Virus record (IMG/VR): IMGVR_UViG_3300027969_000088 | Strand: one strand, 5' to 3' | From: an uncultured virus (IMG/VR IMGVR_UViG_3300027969_000088) | Lineage: Duplodnaviria; Heunggongvirae; Uroviricota; Caudoviricetes | Length of the DNA: 20,000 nucleotides | Shown here: positions 14,416-20,000 of the stretch, piece after piece | How the letters are laid out: each line of letters begins with the position of its first letter | Position numbering within the stretch: the first letter of the stretch is position 1 | Position numbers and translations under genes: made by a program | The notes under the pieces: model-generated | Database searches by the model: none | What the model was told of the DNA's origin: nothing | What the model saw: only the letters and a program-made list of their open reading frames with translations

Positions 14416-14969
14416 AAATAGAAACTTATTGCCCACTATTCCCCGGCTTTTATGGTACAATATTCGAGCCGAACGAAGAGAATGAAATCGAATATCACAA
14501 CGATGAGAACGATACTGAATTATCCTATGATGATTTTGAATTTGACTATACTGACTACCAAGAAAGAGTTGCCCGTGCATTTGTAAATTCTTTTGAGGTA
14601 GAGTTTCAAGATGTTATGCCAGTGGAGATTAACTATCAAAGCATATCAAGTCCTCAGTATTATAATTTCTCCAATGATTCAATTAACATTGAGGTTGACC
14701 TTGACTTTGATAAATTTATGCAGATTGTAAATGATAACAAGGACAATCTCAAAAAATACATTCGTGATAACTACACATCTCGTGATGGCTTTAATTCATT
14801 CCATTCTAATGATATCGAAGATTGGTGCGACCCAGAATATGTATTGGAGAATTTATCTCATCGTGTTGGTGCTTTAATGGAAGCTTTGCTCCTAACAATT
14901 GTTAATCAAGATGATATCTACCATTGGGCAGAAAGTGAAATGTTCTACCTTAATTATAAAGTAAAATGA
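14412..14969 (+). CDS. Highly acidic hypothetical protein
   Basis: P.F.GFY.T, SPQYYNFSNDSI and YTSRDGFNSF motifs; D/E- and aromatic-rich. Confidence 0.8.
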   Translation: MKIETYCPLFPGFYGTIFEPNEENEIEYHNDENDTELSYDDFEFDYTDYQERVARAFVNSFEVEFQDVMPVEINYQSISSPQYYNFSNDSINIEVDLDFDKFMQIVNDNKDNLKKYIRDNYTSRDGFNSFHSNDIEDWCDPEYVLENLSHRVGALMEALLLTIVNQDDIYHWAESEMFYLNYKVK

Positions 14970-15235
14970 AAATAGAAGAAATAACAGCAAAACTAAACGA
15001 GAAAGGATATGTATATCCCGATTGTTTACGATGGACTACGGGAGATATCAATCTCCGGTTGTCAGCAATGGATAGACAAGATGACTTAAAGTTTATGACT
15101 GAAGACGATAAGATGATGTTATTAGAAAATTTCTTTGATGCATATGCTGATGACATTATGGAATTCATTAACCAAAAATTAGAACAAGACCTTGAGTCTT
15201 ATACGGATTACCAAGTAACAAAACAACCATTTTAA
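14966..15235 (+). CDS. Acidic hypothetical protein
   Basis: ATGA overlap with the upstream gene. Confidence 0.7.
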   Translation: MKIEEITAKLNEKGYVYPDCLRWTTGDINLRLSAMDRQDDLKFMTEDDKMMLLENFFDAYADDIMEFINQKLEQDLESYTDYQVTKQPF

Positions 15236-15237
15236 TT

Positions 15238-15864
15238 ATGAAAGTATTAGAATTATTCGCAGGTTCACGCAGTATCGGTAAGGTATGCGAAGAGATGGAG
15301 TACAGAGTATTCTCATCGGATTGGACACAATTTGACGGCATAGACTATGCTGTAGACATTAATCAGTTTGATACGGAGAAAGTGCCATTCATTCCAGATG
15401 TTATATGGGCATCTCCTCCTTGTACAACATTCTCTGTTGCTTCTATAGGTAAACATTGGCATCCAAATCGGAGACCCAAATCTAACGATGCATTGATAGG
15501 CTTAGAAATTCTTAAGTCTACTATCAATATTATCAATCAGTATAAGAAACTTAACCCTAACCTTATATGGTACGTTGAGAATCCTCGTGGTATGATGCGC
15601 AAGATGGAGTTATGGAATGATTTATTTCACGTCCGTAATACTGTGACCTATTGTCAGTACGGAGACACACGAATGAAACCTACTGATATATGGACAAACA
15701 ATTTCGATTGGACACCTCGCCCAGCGTGTAAGAATGGTATGCCTTGCCATGTATCTGCACCTCGTGGTAGCACTACTGGTACACAAGGTTTAAAAGGTAG
15801 TTACCTACGATCTCAAGTACCATATGAATTATGTAAGGAAATAATAAATGCTACAAAAATATGA
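15238..15864 (+). CDS. DNA cytosine methyltransferase (compact phage type)
   Basis: VLELFAGS, DVIWASPPCT, VENP, YCQYG...KPTDIWTN. Confidence 0.9.
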   Translation: MKVLELFAGSRSIGKVCEEMEYRVFSSDWTQFDGIDYAVDINQFDTEKVPFIPDVIWASPPCTTFSVASIGKHWHPNRRPKSNDALIGLEILKSTINIINQYKKLNPNLIWYVENPRGMMRKMELWNDLFHVRNTVTYCQYGDTRMKPTDIWTNNFDWTPRPACKNGMPCHVSAPRGSTTGTQGLKGSYLRSQVPYELCKEIINATKI

Positions 15865-16238
15865 CAACTATAATTAATAAACTAAAAGACATGGGTTATA
15901 TAGTATATAACCCTTACAACAATTCATTAGAGAGACCTCGATACATTGTACCTTTAAATGAATTTGACACAGAAGAAATTGATAAACTAACCGTGGAATT
16001 ATATATCGATAGTTTAGAGTTAATCAAAAAAGAATTACCGGATGAATATGGCACGATTAAAAACTTTAAGCAACATTTATTCTTTGACATAAATGCCGAT
16101 GGTTCGTTTTATGAATGGACTTGTGATTTGGCTTATGAGTGTATAGATGATGCGATTGCTGTTGCTCGTGAATTAAACATCGAAGAAATATGGGATTGTG
16201 ACGATGGCACTAATATATATGTAGATGAAACAGATTGA
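15861..16238 (+). CDS. Acidic hypothetical protein
   Basis: Operonic ORF with ATGA overlap. Confidence 0.7.
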   Translation: MTTIINKLKDMGYIVYNPYNNSLERPRYIVPLNEFDTEEIDKLTVELYIDSLELIKKELPDEYGTIKNFKQHLFFDINADGSFYEWTCDLAYECIDDAIAVARELNIEEIWDCDDGTNIYVDETD

Positions 16239-16509
16239 TGCATTTGTACCAAAAGAAATTTATGATGACTTTGTTAAGAAACACAAAACACATAAAGGCG
16301 CATTAGATTATTTATCTATAGCATTAGAACATAGAATTACTGCACAAAGATATTTAATCAATCGTGATTTGATTACGCAAGTAAATCATATTAAAATTAA
16401 TATACCAATCAAAGAACATTTAGTTCCTTATTTGAATGAATATTGTTTGATTAAAGGTATTACTAAACAAGAACTATTAGTTAAAATTATGTTAAAAAGA
16501 AGAGTATGA
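16225..16509 (+). CDS. Hypothetical protein, possible ribbon-helix-helix C-terminus
   Basis: KINIPIKEHLVPYLNEYCLIKGITKQELL; ATGA-coupled to the recombinase. Confidence 0.55.
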   Translation: MKQIDAFVPKEIYDDFVKKHKTHKGALDYLSIALEHRITAQRYLINRDLITQVNHIKINIPIKEHLVPYLNEYCLIKGITKQELLVKIMLKRRV

Positions 16510-17210
16510 AAGCAATAGGATACATTAGAGTAAGTACTGATATGCAAGCTGACAAAGGTACATCACTCGATAACCAAGTAGCAAGAATCAAAGAGTACGC
16601 CCAGCAAAAAGGATTTATACTAGAAAATATTTTCGAAGATGCTGGTTATAGTGGAAAAAATACCAAGAGACCTGGCTTCCAAGCAATGTTTAGTCGACTA
16701 AGACAAGGAGGTATCAATGCTGTCATCGTATGGCATAGCACTCGTTTCGCCCGTAACCTCAAGGATAACATTGTACATATGGCAGAACTTGAGCAAAGAA
16801 AGATTAAGTTCTACTCCATTGAAGAACCTATGATGTCTGGCTCCAGTGGTAAGGCTATGAGAAATCTTATGGCTGTGTTTGCCGAGTATCAATCTGATGT
16901 TACTGGCGAGTATACACGTAGTGTAAAAAGTAACCTTAAGAAAAATCAAAAAGTCTATTGTGCTTATCCTCCCCTTGGTTTTGTTAATCAAGATGGAGTG
17001 ATGATCCGAGACCCAAACGCTTTTAAAATTGTAGATGAAATACAAGTGATGCATTCACAAGGATTATCACTACGTAAAATTGCTCAACACTTTAATACTC
17101 AAGGAATTAAAGGTAACAAAAATGGAAAATTTCATGCAAGTACAATACAAAAAATATTAAACAACAACATTTATGATTTATATAGAAACAAAACAACAGA
17201 CACACAATAA
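16506..17210 (+). CDS. Serine recombinase (resolvase catalytic domain plus short recombinase/HTH domain)
   Basis: GYIRVST (catalytic Ser), D.G.SG...RPG, TRFARN, PLGF, G.SLR.IA..N. Confidence 0.93.
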   Translation: MKAIGYIRVSTDMQADKGTSLDNQVARIKEYAQQKGFILENIFEDAGYSGKNTKRPGFQAMFSRLRQGGINAVIVWHSTRFARNLKDNIVHMAELEQRKIKFYSIEEPMMSGSSGKAMRNLMAVFAEYQSDVTGEYTRSVKSNLKKNQKVYCAYPPLGFVNQDGVMIRDPNAFKIVDEIQVMHSQGLSLRKIAQHFNTQGIKGNKNGKFHASTIQKILNNNIYDLYRNKTTDTQ

Positions 17211-17505
17211 GAATCTAATATTAGAAACTATCGAAGAGGTTATCGGTGTACCTCGTGAACTTTGGGAAATCAAAAGAAGCCGTTCTACTGAAGAAGTATT
17301 TATCAGAGATATCTATATCTATATGCTATACACTTATGCTGATATTACATTTCAAAACATATCACGTATCGTTGGTTTAAAAAATCACGCCAGTGCTGTT
17401 CAATCAGTTAATAAGATAAAGAAATGGTTAGATAATCCTACTGAATACACAATCAAACTTAAATTAATTAATGAAATATTTAAAAGATATGAAGATGCAA
17501 GATAA
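17173..17505 (+). CDS. DnaA C-terminal-like HTH protein
   Basis: RSR..E.V..R.I..Y.......F..I...G..NHASA...V.KI pattern of DnaA domain IV. Confidence 0.7.
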   Translation: MIYIETKQQTHNKNLILETIEEVIGVPRELWEIKRSRSTEEVFIRDIYIYMLYTYADITFQNISRIVGLKNHASAVQSVNKIKKWLDNPTEYTIKLKLINEIFKRYEDAR

Positions 17506-17806
17506 TATAATAAAAGTTTTTATACATATACTGGATAGAGTTGACCCTCTTTGGAAAACTAATACAGAAATTGTCGATTGCTTGAAGGCAATTAAGAAAC
17601 ATACTAATCAAACCTTTACTCCTCCCACATTAGATGATGTGGCTAATGAACTTAAAAAAGAAAAAGTAAGACAGCATCGTGAACAAGCAGAGAAGTTTTG
17701 GAATTTCTATGAATCTAAAAATTGGATGATAGGTAAGAACAAAATGAAAAATTGGAAAGCTGCTATTAAAACTTGGAATTTTGAAAAAAATAATATAATA
17801 TTGTAA
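17471..17806 (+). CDS. Stand-alone domain resembling C-termini of Bacteroidota phage replication proteins
   Basis: FTPPTLDDV...AEKFWNFYESKNWMIGKNKMKNWKAAIKTW; start may be 17489 or 17495. Confidence 0.65.
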   Translation: MKYLKDMKMQDNIIKVFIHILDRVDPLWKTNTEIVDCLKAIKKHTNQTFTPPTLDDVANELKKEKVRQHREQAEKFWNFYESKNWMIGKNKMKNWKAAIKTWNFEKNNIIL

Positions 17807-17814
17807 ACTTTGTT

Positions 17815-17931
17815 ATGAAAAAAATAAAAGATATATTATCAATAACAGCGTATGTTATATATATAATCACTATGTTGTGTGCCTCAGTACTATCGGTTGT
17901 ATACTTTGACATACTATTAACTCAAAAATAA
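17815..17931 (+). CDS. 38-aa single-TM protein (not in ORF track)
   Basis: MKKIKDILSITAYVIYIITMLCASVLSVVYFDILLTQK; fills the gap and ends 2 nt before the next ATG. Confidence 0.6.
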   Translation: MKKIKDILSITAYVIYIITMLCASVLSVVYFDILLTQK

Positions 17932-17933
17932 TT

Positions 17934-18440
17934 ATGAGATACGAAATAGATCCAATCACATTAGAATACAGAAAACTGAAGAAAAGATTTTCAGTCAATG
18001 TTTGGTTAGCCGTTGGCATAATAGTTATAAGTATATTTCTTACCTCTTGGGTGACCAATCTCAACCCAGTTAAAATTATAATGGTCAAGTACATTACAAA
18101 CAAAACGAATGTCAAGGCTGATGTAGAATTAAACGAAGAAAGTTTGACTACAGCATTGCATACACATGGATGTGTTCTACCTAACGTAGCAGTAGCTCAA
18201 GCTAGATTAGAATCTAACTTAGGTAAGAGTGTAGTAGGTAAGAACGCCAAGAATTTATTTGGAATTACCCACCATAGATGTCAGTATGTTACTGGTAAGT
18301 ATGGTGTATATGCCAAGTATAATACTTATGAGGATAACATCAAATGTTATATTCATATCCAAGACCATTACTTGACAAATATAGATGGTCGTTATGCATC
18401 TGATCTGACATACATAACTAAATTAAAACAAATAAAATAA
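17934..18440 (+). CDS. GH73 glucosaminidase (peptidoglycan hydrolase) with N-terminal TM segment
   Basis: AVAQARLES..G.S....AKNLFGI ... YA.D..Y...L; hydrophobic VWLAVGIIVISIFL. Confidence 0.85.
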   Translation: MRYEIDPITLEYRKLKKRFSVNVWLAVGIIVISIFLTSWVTNLNPVKIIMVKYITNKTNVKADVELNEESLTTALHTHGCVLPNVAVAQARLESNLGKSVVGKNAKNLFGITHHRCQYVTGKYGVYAKYNTYEDNIKCYIHIQDHYLTNIDGRYASDLTYITKLKQIK

Positions 18441-18640
18441 TGTTAAGACGAATGTTAAAATTATTTTTTCCCAACCTAATGAAGGTATATGGCATATCGG
18501 TTATTGTTAAACCTATATGTGAGCATGACCCTAAAGCTCAGAGTACAGTGTATCCTGAGACCGAATCAGATTTCAATGAAGTACAATTAAATTTAAAACA
18601 AGAAATTAAAAAACAATATGACTCTAAGAGAAGCAATTAG
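18440..18640 (+). CDS. Hypothetical protein
   Basis: TAATG overlap with the upstream gene. Confidence 0.6.
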   Translation: MLRRMLKLFFPNLMKVYGISVIVKPICEHDPKAQSTVYPETESDFNEVQLNLKQEIKKQYDSKRSN

Positions 18641-18866
18641 TTTTCGTTTCCAGAAGGTTACGATGACTACACAGATGACCGGAGATACATCCGTATTACA
18701 TTATTTCCAAAAGACAATTAACAACGTTCCTTTAATGATTGACGTTGATGACAAGGGGAATTGGTTCGGAACTATATTTGATATGGGCGTTAAGTTTTAT
18801 ACTCCAGGTTTATTTCAAGATATAATCAATGCTGTAGAGAAAGGAGAATGGGATGCTAACGTATAA
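18618..18866 (+). CDS. Hypothetical protein
   Basis: Operonic ORF. Confidence 0.65.
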   Translation: MTLREAISFRFQKVTMTTQMTGDTSVLHYFQKTINNVPLMIDVDDKGNWFGTIFDMGVKFYTPGLFQDIINAVEKGEWDANV

Positions 18867-19260
18867 TTATACTAATCGCTACAATGATGTCATTACATTT
18901 ACTCAGTCTGGAGATTGGACAATCCGAATGATTGGAGGAGATTACTTTAGATATGGTTGGAAGACTGATGACCAAATAAAAAATAAAGAGTATACCATGG
19001 CTGATCCGAGTGGTGGACCGTACATTGCTTCGGGCTCAGATATGGGCAGATTTATGAAGGAATGGAAAGGATTAATAGTTAAACATATCACACCAGATAC
19101 AAATGGTGAGAATGTATTACATTTATTTCAAGGTAGGATGATGAAGGGAACTACCAATGGTGAGGAAGAGTTGAGATGGTATAAGGCCGGGGACTCATCT
19201 GGAGACTACGAAACATACAATGATATGGAACAATTTTTAGTAGCACAAAATGAACGATAA
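18853..19260 (+). CDS. Conserved phage hypothetical protein (DPSGGPYI family)
   Basis: NRY.D.I.F ... MADPSGGPYI..G motif. Confidence 0.75.
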   Translation: MLTYNYTNRYNDVITFTQSGDWTIRMIGGDYFRYGWKTDDQIKNKEYTMADPSGGPYIASGSDMGRFMKEWKGLIVKHITPDTNGENVLHLFQGRMMKGTTNGEEELRWYKAGDSSGDYETYNDMEQFLVAQNER

Positions 19261-19471
19261 ACAACAGACCGCAATAGAGACACTATGGGACATGATTCCA
19301 AAAGACACTCAGAACTACATAATTAAGCAATTCAACGGACTTAAGAAAGCCAAAGAGATGGAGGTAGCAGAAAAAGAAAGTAGCTATGCAGAAGGATACG
19401 CTGAAGGCTATAAGAGAGCATTAGAATTAATTCAATGGATGGTAAAAACTGAAATAAAAAGAAAAAAATGA
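19250..19471 (+). CDS. QTA(V/I)E...AKEME family small protein
   Basis: KQQTAIE...KAKEME, paralogous to the next gene. Confidence 0.75.
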   Translation: MNDKQQTAIETLWDMIPKDTQNYIIKQFNGLKKAKEMEVAEKESSYAEGYAEGYKRALELIQWMVKTEIKRKK

Positions 19472-19728
19472 ACAACGAAACAAAACAAACGGCAGTAGAG
19501 TGGTTTATGGAACAAATAGGAGAAAAACAACCTAATGGGCTTTATGTAATTGATACATTAGAAGATGTGCAAAATGTATTCCAACAAGCCAAAGAAATGG
19601 AAAAGCAGCAGATGATTAAAGCATACGCTTCGGGTTACACAGATGAAGACTTTTTTGAGGATGGTAAAGAATGGATTTATGAAGCACCACAACGATATTA
19701 CAACGAAACATACGGAGGTAACAAATGA
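19468..19728 (+). CDS. QTAVEW...AKEMEK...YYNETY family small protein
   Basis: KQTAVEW...QAKEMEKQQM..AY...YYNETYGGNK. Confidence 0.8.
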   Translation: MNNETKQTAVEWFMEQIGEKQPNGLYVIDTLEDVQNVFQQAKEMEKQQMIKAYASGYTDEDFFEDGKEWIYEAPQRYYNETYGGNK

Positions 19729-20000
19729 AAGAGATAAAATTATTTTATTATAGAGCATTTAAGATTCTTACTGAAAAAGAAGCAATTGAACTTGATTTAA
19801 AATTTATTACAAATATTTATGGTGATTTAATAAATAAATACAATTGTCGGAGTATTTGGGAAGATAAGAAAGGTAGACATTATAGGGTTTATGAATTATT
19901 TAAAGAAGAATATTTAAAAACAAAATATTAAATAGAAGAAAAATACAACGAAACATACGGAGGTAACAAATGAAAGAGATAAAATTATTTTATTATAGAG
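19699..20000 (+). repeat. Exact direct repeat of at least 57 bp, period 245 bp
   Basis: 19699-19755 is identical to 19944-20000; the second copy runs to the window end. Confidence 0.95.
19725..19931 (+). CDS. Hypothetical protein
   Basis: ATGA overlap; an identical start begins again at 19970. Confidence 0.7.
   Translation: MKEIKLFYYRAFKILTEKEAIELDLKFITNIYGDLINKYNCRSIWEDKKGRHYRVYELFKEEYLKTKY

Noticed and set aside
1369..19758. Minus-strand ORFs opposite plus-strand genes (1369, 2054, 3344, 3879, 4109, 4313, 4440, 4854, 6744, 9680, 11023, 11266, 14950, 16698, 17870, 19558) and plus-strand 2978..3211
   Set aside because: Shadows of better-supported genes, with no recognisable motifs

Overview
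AT-rich segment of a tailed dsDNA phage (or prophage), probably infecting Bacteroidota: TTTG-N19/20-TAnnTTTG promoters and A-rich leaders without Shine-Dalgarno motifs. 1-7150 holds regulation, recombination and DNA-modification genes: RusA-like resolvase, two HTH-like genes, SSB-like protein, YqaJ exonuclease, two HNH proteins, a two-frame C5 methyltransferase, a ferritin-like protein, GroES and a GIY-YIG endonuclease, plus a ~600-nt cluster of tRNA-like RNAs. 7150-9065 is non-coding: an array of paired palindromes, G/C runs, IHF-like and Fur/PerR-like boxes, CA/CG repeats, a promoter and a ~450-nt structured RNA. It may contain the genome end or packaging site. 9066-16500 is a run of small, probably early genes (gp88-like, two more C5 methyltransferases, many acidic ORFans). 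It is followed by a serine recombinase, DnaA-C-like and replication-initiator-like domains, a GH73 glucosaminidase and a repeated cassette region. Most unusual: (i) four tRNA-shaped RNAs without a normal anticodon, one a 52-nt mini-tRNA with encoded CCA; (ii) a CCG-TGA-CCA stop in the methyltransferase catalytic motif that a 6-nt ribosomal hop would repair exactly; (iii) an array of about 10 different operator-like palindromes, mostly duplicated. All family calls come from motif recognition by eye; no searches were run.
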